Of a stretch of 64,000 nt of DNA, positions 46,085 to 56,216 are shown one piece after another. The stretch's first letter is position 1; every line of letters starts with the position of its first letter. The position numbers and the translations under genes are program-made. The notes beneath the pieces are model-generated. The model did no database searches. It was not told the DNA's origin and saw nothing but the letters and a program-made list of their open reading frames with translations. The DNA is from Gammaproteobacteria bacterium (GTDB taxonomy: Bacteria; Pseudomonadota; Gammaproteobacteria; Tethybacterales; Persebacteraceae). The DNA lies in NCBI GenBank assembly GCA_965221835.1, contig OZ244916.1, positions 1,785,643-1,849,642 on the forward strand, given 5' to 3'.

Positions 46085-47565
46085 CAATGCTAAATAACAT
46101 TCTTTCCATTTTGATTTGGTTTCCGATTGCGGGGGGGGTGGTGGTGTTGGTTTGCGGGGCGGCGGGGGTTTGTCCGTACCGAATTAAGGCGGGCGGGATT
46201 GCGGTATCGGGTGCGGCGTTTTTGATTTCGTTGCCGCTGTTTTTTATGTTTGATAGCGGCACGGCGGCGATGCAATTTGTTGAAGATGCTGCGTGGATAG
46301 ACCGGTTTAATATCCGCTACGGGTTGGGCGTGGACGGCTTTTCAATGCTGATGATTTTGCTGAATACTTTTACGACCGTGCTTGTTTTGGCGGCGTGCTG
46401 GCAATCGGTGCAGACGCGGGTTGCAGGTTATGTGGCGGCATTTTTGATGATGTCGGGGCTGACAAACGGCGTTTTTGCGGCGACCGATGCGGCGTTGTTT
46501 TATGTTTTTTGGGAGGCGACTCTCATTCCGCTGTTTATTGTCATCGGCGTTTGGGGCGGCGAACGGCGCGTTTATGCGGCGATTAAATTCTTTTTGTATA
46601 CGCTTGTCGGTTCGTTGCTGATGCTGATTGCGCTTTTGTATTTATACAACGAAACCGGCGATTTTTCTATCGCATCTTTTCACGATGTGCCGATTTCCAT
46701 GACTGCACAAACATTTTTATTTTTCGCATTTTTGGCGGCGTTTGCGGTAAAAGTGCCGATGACGCCTGTGCATACTTGGTTGCCGGATGCGCATGTGGAG
46801 GCGCCGACAGGCGGTTCTATTGTGCTGGCGGCGGTGATGTTAAAACTCGGCGCGTACGGATTTTTGCGTTTTTCGTTGCCGGTCGCCCCCGATGCGAGTG
46901 TGGAATTCGCGTGGCTGATTATCGCGTTGTCTTTGGCGGCGATTGTTTATATCGGCTTGGTTGCGCTGGTGCAAGATGATATGAAAAAACTCATCGCCTA
47001 TTCGTCGGTTGCGCACATGGGATTTGTAACGCTTGGATTTTTTCTGTTTGACGAACTCGGAATGAAAGGCGGAATCGCGCAAATGGTGTCGCACGGTTTT
47101 GTATCGGGCGCGATGTTTTTCGGCGTGGGCGTGGTATATGACCGGATGCATACGCGCAAAATTGCGGACTACGGCGGCATTGCAAACACGATGCCGAAAT
47201 ATGCGGCGTTTATGATGTTGTTTGCGATGGCGAATGCGGGATTGCCCGGCACGAGCGGATTTGTCGGCGAGTTTATGGTGATTTTGGCGGCGGTGCGCAC
47301 CGATTTATGGATAGGATTGTTGTGCGCAACGACTTTAATTACCGGCGCGGCGTATACTTTGTGGATGTACAAACGCGTCTTTTTCGGCGAAATCGCAAAC
47401 GATGCGGTGCGCGAAATGCGCGATGCAACACCGCGCGAAATATTAATAATGTCGCTTTTCGCCGCGCTGATAATGCTGATGGGATTGTGGCCGTTTCCAT
47501 TTCTGGAAACGCTGGACGCAACAACCGCGAATCTACTCGCCCATGTGCGGGAGGGGAAGTTGTGA
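46081..47565 (+). CDS. nuoM: NADH-quinone oxidoreductase subunit M
   Basis: 14-TM antiporter-like subunit. MTMLNNILSILIWFPIAGG..., WLPDAHVEAPTGGS. Confidence 0.92.
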   Translation: MTMLNNILSILIWFPIAGGVVVLVCGAAGVCPYRIKAGGIAVSGAAFLISLPLFFMFDSGTAAMQFVEDAAWIDRFNIRYGLGVDGFSMLMILLNTFTTVLVLAACWQSVQTRVAGYVAAFLMMSGLTNGVFAATDAALFYVFWEATLIPLFIVIGVWGGERRVYAAIKFFLYTLVGSLLMLIALLYLYNETGDFSIASFHDVPISMTAQTFLFFAFLAAFAVKVPMTPVHTWLPDAHVEAPTGGSIVLAAVMLKLGAYGFLRFSLPVAPDASVEFAWLIIALSLAAIVYIGLVALVQDDMKKLIAYSSVAHMGFVTLGFFLFDELGMKGGIAQMVSHGFVSGAMFFGVGVVYDRMHTRKIADYGGIANTMPKYAAFMMLFAMANAGLPGTSGFVGEFMVILAAVRTDLWIGLLCATTLITGAAYTLWMYKRVFFGEIANDAVREMRDATPREILIMSLFAALIMLMGLWPFPFLETLDATTANLLAHVREGKL

Positions 47566-48551
47566 ACAACGCGACCGCCGTTTCCTTTTTTAATGATTCG
47601 CGGAATGCGGCGGCGTTCGCGCCGTCCGACAACAAGCGGGCGGACGGGCGATATTACACGCGCGGCGATCCGTTTTCGCATGCGGCGTTTTGCGAATGGG
47701 CGCGCGTTGCCGGACTGCCGCAAGCGAAAGTTTTGGAACCGTTTGCCGGCGCGAACAATTTAATTAAGACGTTGCGCGCTGCCGGTTTGTGCGAAACATT
47801 CGCGGCGTTTGATATTTTGCCCGGCGACAAATCTGTCAAACGGCGCGATACGCTGGCGGATTTTCCGCGCGGCTTTAATGTCTGCATTACAAATCCGCCG
47901 TGGCTGGCGCGCAACTCTGCGACCCGCCGCGGATTGCCGTATCCGCAAACTCGCTACGACGATTTGTACAAACATTGTCTCGCCGAGTGTCTCGCGCATT
48001 GCGGTTATGTTGCCGCGTTGGTGCCGGAATCGTTTATTCGCGGCGGTTTGTTTACGCCGCGCCTTTCGGCGTTTGTTTCGCTGAACAACGGCATGTTCGC
48101 CGATACCGAACATCCGGTCGGACTCGCGCTTTTTGTCCCGCGCGCGCTCAATACTATTTTATATTGCGGCGCGACAAAAATCGGCGAGTTGCGGCGGTTG
48201 CGCGAATATTGCCCGCCCGCATCCCGCGATGGCGGCGGCGTTTCGTTCAATTCGCCGGACGGCAATTTGGGATTGATTGCGTTGGATAATAATTTTTGCG
48301 CGAGCATTCGTTTTTGCGAAGCGGCGGAGTTGGACGGTTACGAAGTGCGACAAAGTTGCCGCGCGATTACCAAAATTCGCGTTCCCGGACGCCCGCAAAT
48401 CGGCGCGTATAATCGTTTTATCAATTCCTTTCGCAAAAACACGATGGATGTTTTTTTAACGGCATATCGCGGTTTGCGCAAAGACGGATTTTACCGCCGC
48501 CGTTTGGATTACGCGCTAGCGCGGGATATTATTTCTTATGTCGGATTCTAA
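47562..48551 (+). CDS. gamma-class N6-adenine DNA methyltransferase (FxGxG then NPPW)
   Basis: Motif I VLEPFAGANN, motif IV VCITNPPWLA. GTG start overlapping the nuoM stop (GTGA). ORF track start 47307 overlaps nuoM and is rejected. Confidence 0.75.
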   Translation: MNNATAVSFFNDSRNAAAFAPSDNKRADGRYYTRGDPFSHAAFCEWARVAGLPQAKVLEPFAGANNLIKTLRAAGLCETFAAFDILPGDKSVKRRDTLADFPRGFNVCITNPPWLARNSATRRGLPYPQTRYDDLYKHCLAECLAHCGYVAALVPESFIRGGLFTPRLSAFVSLNNGMFADTEHPVGLALFVPRALNTILYCGATKIGELRRLREYCPPASRDGGGVSFNSPDGNLGLIALDNNFCASIRFCEAAELDGYEVRQSCRAITKIRVPGRPQIGAYNRFINSFRKNTMDVFLTAYRGLRKDGFYRRRLDYALARDIISYVGF

Positions 48552-49242
48552 AATGCCGCCGCCGGATTGGGAGGGAGAAGCGATGCGCAAAATGTGGCGC
48601 AAAAACGCCGCTGCTGTGCCGTCCGAAGTTGAGACAGGCGACAGCGGGATGATGAAAAAAATCGCGACTTATTGCGATAACTTCGGTTATGCTGCGCGGG
48701 AAGTTATTGCCAAAATTTCCGGCGATAAAATGTTTGCCGCGCACTTTGCCAAAAATCCTGGTACTCAAGGAATTCACGAACAAATCGCTGCCGATTATTT
48801 ACAAAAAATTTCCCTGGTCGGAAATTTTGAGATTTTGCCGAGAAGCGGAAAGGATGCGCTGTTTATCAATGCGCGAGGCGAATTGTTAAAGCGCAAAGAC
48901 AAATCGCAAACGAGTGCGCAAGATTCTAAATCGCTGGATTTTTGTTGGAAAACCGGCGGATTTGTCTGCTACGCGAGTCACAAGTATACGAAAGAATCGG
49001 GCGGGGCGCAAGACCATCAATTTCGCGATCAAAAACGGTTTCTGGAAAATTTTCGCGAACATAATAATCCGCGGGCGGCGTGTTTTGCGATTTGCGATGG
49101 CGCATTTTACACCGAAGAAAAAATGCAGGAGTTGGAAAGTGTGACGCGCAAAAAACCGCCGATAAGTTTCGCCGTACATATTGAAGATGTCGCCGAAAAT
49201 TTGCAAAAACTTGCGGCATTAAAGGATAATTCGCTACAATGA
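48538..49242 (+). CDS. hypothetical protein, candidate restriction endonuclease partner of the preceding MTase
   Basis: Overlaps MTase 3' end by 14 nt. No clear catalytic motif (possible D-x12-SHK). Assignment by context only. Confidence 0.4.
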   Translation: MSDSKMPPPDWEGEAMRKMWRKNAAAVPSEVETGDSGMMKKIATYCDNFGYAAREVIAKISGDKMFAAHFAKNPGTQGIHEQIAADYLQKISLVGNFEILPRSGKDALFINARGELLKRKDKSQTSAQDSKSLDFCWKTGGFVCYASHKYTKESGGAQDHQFRDQKRFLENFREHNNPRAACFAICDGAFYTEEKMQELESVTRKKPPISFAVHIEDVAENLQKLAALKDNSLQ

Positions 49243-50696
49243 CCGCCGCTGAGTTGATGATTTCCGCTGCGAGTGTGGAGATATTTTTGTTTGTTGCCGG
49301 GTGCGCGGTGTTGTGCGCGGATTTGTTTTTGCCCGATTCGTATCGCGCGCGGTTGCATTGGGCGGTGATTGCCGCATTGTTGGTTGCAGCCGCCGCCGTT
49401 GCGGGATCGGTTGCGGATGCGCCGATTGCGGCGTTGCACGGATTTTTTGTTTCCGACCCGCTGGCGGCAATTCTCAAAACAACCGCATTGTTGGCGGTCG
49501 CCGGGTCGCTGGCATTTTCGCGCGGTTATTTGCAGTCGGCGGGAATGTTGCGCGGCGAATTTCATGCGCTGGCTTTGTTTGCTGCTTTGGGAATGGCGGT
49601 GATGATTTCGGCGGGGCATTTTCTTTCGCTGTATCTCGGATTGGAATTGATGTCGCTGTCGTTGTATGCGATGATTGCGATGCGGCGCGAAAGTGCGCAT
49701 GCGGTGGAAGCGGCGATTAAATATTTCGTGTTGGGCGCGTTGGCGTCGGGTTTATTTTTGTATGGCGTATCGGTAATTTACGGCGCGACCGGCGGAAAAT
49801 TGTACATTGCCGAAGTCGCAGAAGCCGCGGCGGCGGGCGGCGAATCGTCCATGGCGCTTTCGCTCGGATTGGTGTTTGCGTTGGCGGGTTTGGCATTCAA
49901 ACTCGGCGCCGCGCCGTTTCACATGTGGCTGCCGGATGTTTACGAAGGTGCGCCTGCGCCGATGACTTTGTTTGCGGCGGCGGCGCCGAAAGTTGCGGCG
50001 ATGGCGATGATGTTGCGCGTGTTGACGGATGCGTTGCCGGCGTTGCATGGCGAATGGCGCGATATGCTGATTGTGTTGGGGCTGGCGTCTTTGGCGGTGG
50101 GCAACATTACCGCTATCGCGCAAACCGATATTAAACGAATGCTGGCTTATTCGGCGATTGCGCACAGCGGATTTATGGTGTTGGGCGTGTTGGCGGGCGA
50201 TGCGGACGGCGTGGCGGCGGCGGTGTTTTATGTTGCCGCGTACGCGCTGATGACGGTCGGCGGATTCGGCGTGGTGGTTTTGCTGGCGCCGGACGGACGC
50301 GAAAATGGCGCGCTGGAATCGTTAAAAGGAATGTCGTCTCGCAACATTCTCGTCGCCGGCGTACTCGCTGCGCTGATGTTGTCTATGGCGGGCGTGCCGC
50401 CGGTTGTGGGATTTGTCGCCAAACTGACGATTTTGCAGGCGGTGGCGGATGCGGGATTGGTGTGGCTGGCGGTGGCGGCGGTCGTATTTTCGGCAATCGG
50501 CGCGTTTTATTATTTGCGCGTCATCAAATTGATGTTTTTTGATCCGCCGCCGGATGGTGCTGCCGCTGTGCGTTTGTCGCCGGCGGGGGGTGCGATGGTT
50601 GCGTTGGTCGGATTTTTGATTTTGATATTGGGAATATTTCCCGGTGCGCTTTTGTCGGCATGCGAAGCGGCGGCAAAAATCGCGCTAACAACATGA
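49239..50696 (+). CDS. nuoN: NADH-quinone oxidoreductase subunit N
   Basis: 14-TM. LYLGLELMSLSLYAMIAMRRES...KLGAAPFHMWLPDVYEGAPAP. Confidence 0.92.
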   Translation: MTAAELMISAASVEIFLFVAGCAVLCADLFLPDSYRARLHWAVIAALLVAAAAVAGSVADAPIAALHGFFVSDPLAAILKTTALLAVAGSLAFSRGYLQSAGMLRGEFHALALFAALGMAVMISAGHFLSLYLGLELMSLSLYAMIAMRRESAHAVEAAIKYFVLGALASGLFLYGVSVIYGATGGKLYIAEVAEAAAAGGESSMALSLGLVFALAGLAFKLGAAPFHMWLPDVYEGAPAPMTLFAAAAPKVAAMAMMLRVLTDALPALHGEWRDMLIVLGLASLAVGNITAIAQTDIKRMLAYSAIAHSGFMVLGVLAGDADGVAAAVFYVAAYALMTVGGFGVVVLLAPDGRENGALESLKGMSSRNILVAGVLAALMLSMAGVPPVVGFVAKLTILQAVADAGLVWLAVAAVVFSAIGAFYYLRVIKLMFFDPPPDGAAAVRLSPAGGAMVALVGFLILILGIFPGALLSACEAAAKIALTT

Positions 50697-51241
50697 ACGC
50701 GCGTCCCGATTTTCGCGAACGCCGCATATCGGGAAAAACCGCGTTTCGCGGGCGCATTATAGAAGTGCAAACGGACGAAGTATTGTTGCCGGACGGCAAA
50801 ACTGCTTCGCGCGAAGTGGCGCGTCATCCCGGTGCGGCGGTGATTGTGCCGCTTCTGGATTCGCAAACGGTGTTGTTGGCGTGGCAGTACCGATATCCGC
50901 TGGGGCGGCATTTGTTGGAGTTTCCGGCGGGCAAACTGGATGCGGGCGAGTTGCCGCAAAACGCAGCGGTGCGCGAATTGTTGGAAGAAACCGGCTATCG
51001 CGCGCGCAAATGGTCGCACATTCTTACGACAGAAACCAGCCCGGGATTTTGCGACGAGGCGGCGTTTTTGTATCTGGCGCAAGAGTTGGAATATGAAGGG
51101 CATCCGGGCGAGGCGGACGAGTTTGTCGCAACCGAAAAAACGCCGCTGTCGCGCGCGTTGCAAATGCTGGCGGACGGCGAAATCACAGACGCGAAAACGA
51201 TCATCGGTTTGCTCTGGTTGCAACAAAAATTTTGTGTCTGA
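50693..51241 (+). CDS. NUDIX hydrolase (ADP-ribose pyrophosphatase-like)
   Basis: Nudix box GKLDAGELPQNAAVRELLEETGY. ATG overlaps the nuoN stop. Confidence 0.85.
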   Translation: MNARPDFRERRISGKTAFRGRIIEVQTDEVLLPDGKTASREVARHPGAAVIVPLLDSQTVLLAWQYRYPLGRHLLEFPAGKLDAGELPQNAAVRELLEETGYRARKWSHILTTETSPGFCDEAAFLYLAQELEYEGHPGEADEFVATEKTPLSRALQMLADGEITDAKTIIGLLWLQQKFCV

Positions 51242-51332
51242 TTCGCCGCCGCCGCCTGATTTCGCCGCTTGATTTGCCGCCGGAAAAAATTCGCCCGATT
51301 TTCGCGTATCTTGTATAATATGGAACGGAAAA

Positions 51333-51878
51333 ATGATCAGTTTTAGCAACCATTTTTTAATCGCGACATCCAAACTGGATCGGTCGGTATTTTCCGATTC
51401 GGTGATTTATGTCTGCCGGCACGACGCCGATGGTGCGTTCGGTATCGTGCTGAACAAACCCAGCGATACTTCGGTGCGCGAACTTTTGGAATCGCTTAAA
51501 ATTCCGCCCGCCGCCGGACACGCGAATGTTTTGCAAGGCGGTCCGGTAAAACCGGAACAGGTTTTTATTTTGCACAGTCCGCCCGGCGAATACGATGTGA
51601 CGATTCGCGTGAATGACAATATCGGCGTGACGATGTCTAAGGATATTCTTTCCGCCATTGCCGAAAATCGCGCGCCCGAAAAAATGCAATTCGCTTTCGG
51701 TTATGCCGGATGGGATTCCGACCAACTGGAAAATGAAATCCGCGAAAACGCATGGATTGCCATTCCCGCCAGCCCCGATATTATTTTTGATATGCCGCCG
51801 CCGCAGCGAATGTCTGAAGCCGCCCGCCGACTCGGTTTTGACATTAAAAGTTTGTCGGCGGATATAGGTCGCGCTTGA
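51333..51878 (+). CDS. YqgE/AlgH family protein (UPF0301)
   Basis: HFLIATSKLDRSVFSDSVIYVCRHDADGAFGIVLNKP. Confidence 0.85.
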   Translation: MISFSNHFLIATSKLDRSVFSDSVIYVCRHDADGAFGIVLNKPSDTSVRELLESLKIPPAAGHANVLQGGPVKPEQVFILHSPPGEYDVTIRVNDNIGVTMSKDILSAIAENRAPEKMQFAFGYAGWDSDQLENEIRENAWIAIPASPDIIFDMPPPQRMSEAARRLGFDIKSLSADIGRA

Positions 51879-52276
51879 TGATTCTTCTCGCTTTTGATGT
51901 CGGACGCAAAAAAACCGGCGTCGCCGTCGGCAGTTTTTTGACCGGCGGTGCGCGCCCCGTTGCGGTTGTGTGCGGCGATGCGGGCGACCAAATTGTCGCC
52001 GCCGCAAAATATATCCGGGAATGGGCGCCGCAAATTCTGGTTGTCGGACTGCCGCGTTATTTGGACGGCGGCGAACACAAAATGACACGTTTTTGTCGCA
52101 CTTTCGCCGAAAAACTGCGGGACCAATTTCGCCTGCCGGTGGAGTTTGCGGACGAACGTCTCACGACTTATTGCGCCCGCACCGAAGCCGGCAAACGCGA
52201 CAAAATAGATGCGGTTGCCGCCGAAATTATTTTGCGCGACTGGATACAATCGCGGCAATCGCGCGCCGCCGAATAA
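51878..52276 (+). CDS. ruvX: putative pre-16S rRNA nuclease / Holliday-junction resolvase-like YqgF
   Basis: ILLAFDVGRKKTGVAVG...LVVGLP...LTT. Overlaps yqgE stop. Confidence 0.85.
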   Translation: MILLAFDVGRKKTGVAVGSFLTGGARPVAVVCGDAGDQIVAAAKYIREWAPQILVVGLPRYLDGGEHKMTRFCRTFAEKLRDQFRLPVEFADERLTTYCARTEAGKRDKIDAVAAEIILRDWIQSRQSRAAE

Positions 52277-52325
52277 TTTTTTTTGACAAACTGATTTTTT
52301 TTGACAAACAAAAAGGAGTAAAAAA

Positions 52326-53645
52326 ATGACAAACACAAACATGAACGCATTTTGGATGCCCTATTCGTCCAACAAAAATTTCAAAGCAAAACCGCGCCTT
52401 ATCGCGCGTGCGGAAGGCATGTATTGCTACGATCCCGCCGGACGAAAAATGCTCGATTCCACCGCCGGACTTTGGTATTGCAACGCCGGACACTGCCGCA
52501 AACCCATCGTGGAAGCGATACAAAAACAAGCGGCACTTTTAGATTGCGCACCGACTTTTCATTTGGGACATCCTTATGTTTTTGATTTCGCGCATCGCTT
52601 GACTGGTTATTCGCCCGATGGTTTGGACGCAGTATTTCTCACCAACTCCGGTTCCGAAGCCGCCGATAGCGCGCTTAAAATCGCGCTCGCTTATCACAAA
52701 ATTCGCGGCAACGGCGGACGGCAACTAATTATCGGACGCGAACGCGGCTATCATGGCGTCGGTTTCGGCGGAATGTCTGCGGGCGGTCTCGTCAAAAATC
52801 GCATGTGGTTCGGCAATCAATTGTTGCGCACCGATCATTTGCCGCACACTTGTCTGCCGCAAAATGTTTTTTCGCGCGGACAACCCGAAAACGGTGCAAA
52901 CGAATGCGCCGATGCGCTTTCGGCGTTGGTTGCGTTTCATGATCCGTCCACTATTGCGGCGGTGATTGTGGAACCGGTTGCCGGTTCGGCGGGCGTTTTG
53001 CCGCCGCCGAAAGGGTATTTGCAAAAACTGCGCGCGATTTGCGATGCGCATGATATTTTGCTGATTTTTGACGAAGTCATCACCGGTTTCGGGCGGCTGG
53101 GTGCAAAAACCGCGTCCGAATTTTTCGGCGTTACGCCCGATATGTTGACTTTCGCGAAAGGCGTGACAAGCGGCAGCGCACCGCTCGGCGGCGTGTTTGT
53201 GCGCAACGAAATCCGGCAGGCGTTTTTGGATGCGGCGGGCGATATTGACATAGATTTTTTCCACGGCTACACCTATTCCGGGCATCCGCTTTCGGTTGCG
53301 GCGGGCGAAGGAACTTTGGATGTATACGAATCCGAAAAACTGATGACGCGCATCGGCGACGAAAATCTCGCCGATTATTTTGCAGACGCGTTGCATTCCA
53401 TGCGCGATTTGCCGAATGTGCGCGACATTCGCAACATCGGATTTATGGGCGCGGTGGAGTTGGAAAGCGATGGAAATCCGGGGCGGCGCGCTTTCAATAT
53501 TTTTGAACGCTGTTTCCACGAAAAAGATTTGTTGTTGCGCGTGACTGGCGACACGGTAGCGTTTTCGCCGCCGCTTATCGCCGAAAAAACGCATCTGGAC
53601 GAAATTTTCGGCAAGTTTGCGGACGCGTTGCGGGAATATCAATAA
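52326..53645 (+). CDS. class III (omega) aminotransferase, omega-amino acid:pyruvate type
   Basis: NAGHCRKPIVEAIQKQ, PLP-lysine region IFDEVITGFGRLG, 439 aa. Confidence 0.8.
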   Translation: MTNTNMNAFWMPYSSNKNFKAKPRLIARAEGMYCYDPAGRKMLDSTAGLWYCNAGHCRKPIVEAIQKQAALLDCAPTFHLGHPYVFDFAHRLTGYSPDGLDAVFLTNSGSEAADSALKIALAYHKIRGNGGRQLIIGRERGYHGVGFGGMSAGGLVKNRMWFGNQLLRTDHLPHTCLPQNVFSRGQPENGANECADALSALVAFHDPSTIAAVIVEPVAGSAGVLPPPKGYLQKLRAICDAHDILLIFDEVITGFGRLGAKTASEFFGVTPDMLTFAKGVTSGSAPLGGVFVRNEIRQAFLDAAGDIDIDFFHGYTYSGHPLSVAAGEGTLDVYESEKLMTRIGDENLADYFADALHSMRDLPNVRDIRNIGFMGAVELESDGNPGRRAFNIFERCFHEKDLLLRVTGDTVAFSPPLIAEKTHLDEIFGKFADALREYQ

Positions 53646-53659
53646 AACCGGCGGGCGCA

Positions 53660-55846
53660 ATGTTCAGCAACCGCCGCACACTGTTTCACGAAACTTTTTT
53701 GGTGTTCGGCGGGTTGCTGACCGCCTTGCTGTTTCTGATGTTGCTAACTTATTCGCCGAATGATCCGGCGTGGACTTCGTTGCAAAGCGCGGATACTGAA
53801 ACAAAAATTCAAAACCGTCTCGGCATGGTCGGGGCGTATGTCGCCGATATTTTATTTGCAATGCTGGGCAATTCTTCGTATCTGCTTTGCATCATAATTT
53901 TTATCGCGTTGCGCGGTACTTTGTCTTCGGCGGGCAAAGGCGAACGCATCGGAGGATGGTGGTGCGCGCTCGGTTTGCTGCTTTTTATATTATCTTCGGC
54001 GGCGTTGGAACGCATTCGCTTTTCGGCATTCGCCGTGGAGTTGCCGAACGCGGCGGGGGGCGCAATCGGCGAATTGGTCGCCGGGGGAATGTTAGGATTG
54101 TTCGGCGAAACCGGTTCGGTTTTAATTCTGTTATGCATCTGGATTGTCAGTTGGAGTTTGTCGTCCAATTTGTCGTGGTTTTCGTTTTGCGAATTGATTG
54201 GCGAACGCGTGGAAAAAATATTTTTCGCCGCCGCCGCCGCATTAGAAAGACGGCGCAATTTAAGACGCGGAAAAATTGCCGGATTGCGCCGTGCCGCCGC
54301 CGCCGAAGAGTTGCGCCGCACAACTCCGCATACGCTGAGTATTTCATCTTCCGCCGCCAAAAAACCGGTGCGTTCTCGTCCGCATTCCGCATCTAAACCC
54401 GCCGCCGCACAACTGCCGCTCGCCGATTTGTCCGCCCGGACGCCGGTGTCGTCCGAAGGACTTTGGGACCGGCGTGACGATTCACGCGCGGAGTTGTCGC
54501 CGCAAAAGTTGGAAGAAATGTCCGCGCTCATAAAAGAAACCCTAAAAAGTTTCGGCATTGCCGTTGAAGTTTTGGCGGCACATCCCGGACCGGTCATTAC
54601 GCGTTACGATATTCGTCCGGAAGCGGGCGTAAAAGGTGCGCAAATCGTCAGTTTAGTGCGCGACATTGCGCGCGCGTTGTCGGTATCAGGCATTCGCGTG
54701 TTGGAAACGATTCCGGGAAAAGATTGTATGGGATTGGAAATTCCGAATCAAATTCGCGAAACGGTTTATTTTGAAGATTTAATTGAAGACGATTCTTATT
54801 TGCGGGACAAACATATTTTGCCGCTGGCGTTGGGAAAAAACGCGCTTGGTGCGCCGCTGGTGGCGGATCTCACAAAAATGCCGCATTTGCTGGTGGCAGG
54901 TGCGACCGGTTCCGGAAAATCGGTTTGCATTAATGCGATGTTGTTGAGTTTGTTGCTGTCGTCCCCGCCCGACAAAATGCGCCTGATTCTCATTGACCCG
55001 AAAATGCTGGAACTCGCCTCATACAACGATATTCCGCATCTTCTCGCACCGGTAATTACCGATGTAACGCAAGTGCCCGCCGTGCTGAATTGGGCGGTGG
55101 GCGAAATGGAATCGCGTTACCGGATGATGTCCGAAACCGGCGCACGCAACATTGATTCGTACAACCGGCAAATCGCCGATTCCGCAGATGGCGAAAACAA
55201 ACCGCTGCCCTATATCGTTATCGTCATTGACGAACTCGCCGATTTGATGATGACGACCGGCAAAAAAGTGGAAATGACAATCAGCCGCCTCGCCCAAAAA
55301 GCGCGCGCCGCCGGCATTCATCTTATTTTGGCAACGCAACGCCCTTCGGTGGATGTGATTACCGGATTGATTAAGGCGAATGTCCCTTGCCGCATTGCGT
55401 TTCAAGTCGCTTCCAAAGTAGATTCGCGGACGATTATCGATCAAATGGGCGCAGAAATGCTACTCGGAATGGGCGATATGCTATATTTGCCCGCCGGTAC
55501 CGGCACGCCGCAACGGGTGCATGGCGCGTTCGTGTCGGACGGCGAAGTATCCCGCACCGCCGAACGCCTGCGCGAATCGGGCGAACGCAACTACGAAATA
55601 GATTTCAGTGTGCCGCCGTCCGCCGCCGGTGCGGAAGACGAAACGGATGCGGAAAGCGATGAAATGTATGATCAAGCGGTGGAAACGGTATTGTCGACAA
55701 GCCGCCCGTCCATTTCTTTGGTGCAACGAAAGTTGCGAATCGGCTACAATCGTGCCGCCCGCCTGATTGAAGCGATGGAACGGGCGGGAATCATATCCCC
55801 GCCGGACGAAAACGGCGTCCGCAAAATCATCGCCCCGAATAAATAA
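53660..55846 (+). CDS. ftsK: DNA translocase FtsK
   Basis: N-terminal 4 TM, Walker A LVAGATGSGKSV, Walker B IVIVIDELADL, gamma domain wHTH (LVQRKLRIGYNRAARLIEAME). Confidence 0.92.
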   Translation: MFSNRRTLFHETFLVFGGLLTALLFLMLLTYSPNDPAWTSLQSADTETKIQNRLGMVGAYVADILFAMLGNSSYLLCIIIFIALRGTLSSAGKGERIGGWWCALGLLLFILSSAALERIRFSAFAVELPNAAGGAIGELVAGGMLGLFGETGSVLILLCIWIVSWSLSSNLSWFSFCELIGERVEKIFFAAAAALERRRNLRRGKIAGLRRAAAAEELRRTTPHTLSISSSAAKKPVRSRPHSASKPAAAQLPLADLSARTPVSSEGLWDRRDDSRAELSPQKLEEMSALIKETLKSFGIAVEVLAAHPGPVITRYDIRPEAGVKGAQIVSLVRDIARALSVSGIRVLETIPGKDCMGLEIPNQIRETVYFEDLIEDDSYLRDKHILPLALGKNALGAPLVADLTKMPHLLVAGATGSGKSVCINAMLLSLLLSSPPDKMRLILIDPKMLELASYNDIPHLLAPVITDVTQVPAVLNWAVGEMESRYRMMSETGARNIDSYNRQIADSADGENKPLPYIVIVIDELADLMMTTGKKVEMTISRLAQKARAAGIHLILATQRPSVDVITGLIKANVPCRIAFQVASKVDSRTIIDQMGAEMLLGMGDMLYLPAGTGTPQRVHGAFVSDGEVSRTAERLRESGERNYEIDFSVPPSAAGAEDETDAESDEMYDQAVETVLSTSRPSISLVQRKLRIGYNRAARLIEAMERAGIISPPDENGVRKIIAPNK

Positions 55847-55909
55847 CCGCCGCCCGATTCCATTCCCGCCCGCTTAATTTTCGCGTAAAATGTGCGGTTT
55901 TACCCCGTC

Positions 55910-55929
55910 ATTCCCGCGAACGCGGGAAT
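55910..55929. repeat. dRS3-type repeat ATTCCC-N8-GGGAAT
   Basis: attcccgcgaacgcgggaat followed by tttaccgacaaatcc, as in the 58.36 kb copy. Confidence 0.7.
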
Positions 55930-55972
55930 CTATTTTTACCGACAAATCCGCCGCCCCTCATTCCATTCCCGC

Positions 55973-56157
55973 AAATGTTTTAAGATGTCTCAAAAATGTT
56001 TTGCGAGGTCTACGAAATGTTTTAAGATGTCTCGCAAATGTTTTAACAGGTCTACGAAATGTTTTGAGATGTCTCGGAAATGTTTTGCGAGGTCTACGAA
56101 ATGTTTTAAGATGTCTCGGAAATGTTTTGCGAGGTCTACGAAATGTTTTAAGAACCC
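55973..56157. repeat. tandem repeat array, ~21-bp units alternating between two variants (aaatgttttaagatgtctcg / aaatgttttgcgaggtctacg), ~8.5 units
   Basis: Direct alignment. Lies upstream of the 56381 gene and is in-frame with it in the ORF track, giving KCFxRSTKCFKMSR repeats. Confidence 0.85.
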
Positions 56158-56216
56158 TATTTTTTCGCCGCCGGAGTCCGAAAAATGCCATTTTTCAGCG
56201 ATTTGCGCGTTTTCTT

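Noticed and set aside
47307-47561. ORF-track start of the second MTase at 47307 inside nuoM
   Set aside because: Would overlap 255 nt of nuoM. The GTG at 47562, overlapping the nuoM stop, is the plausible start.
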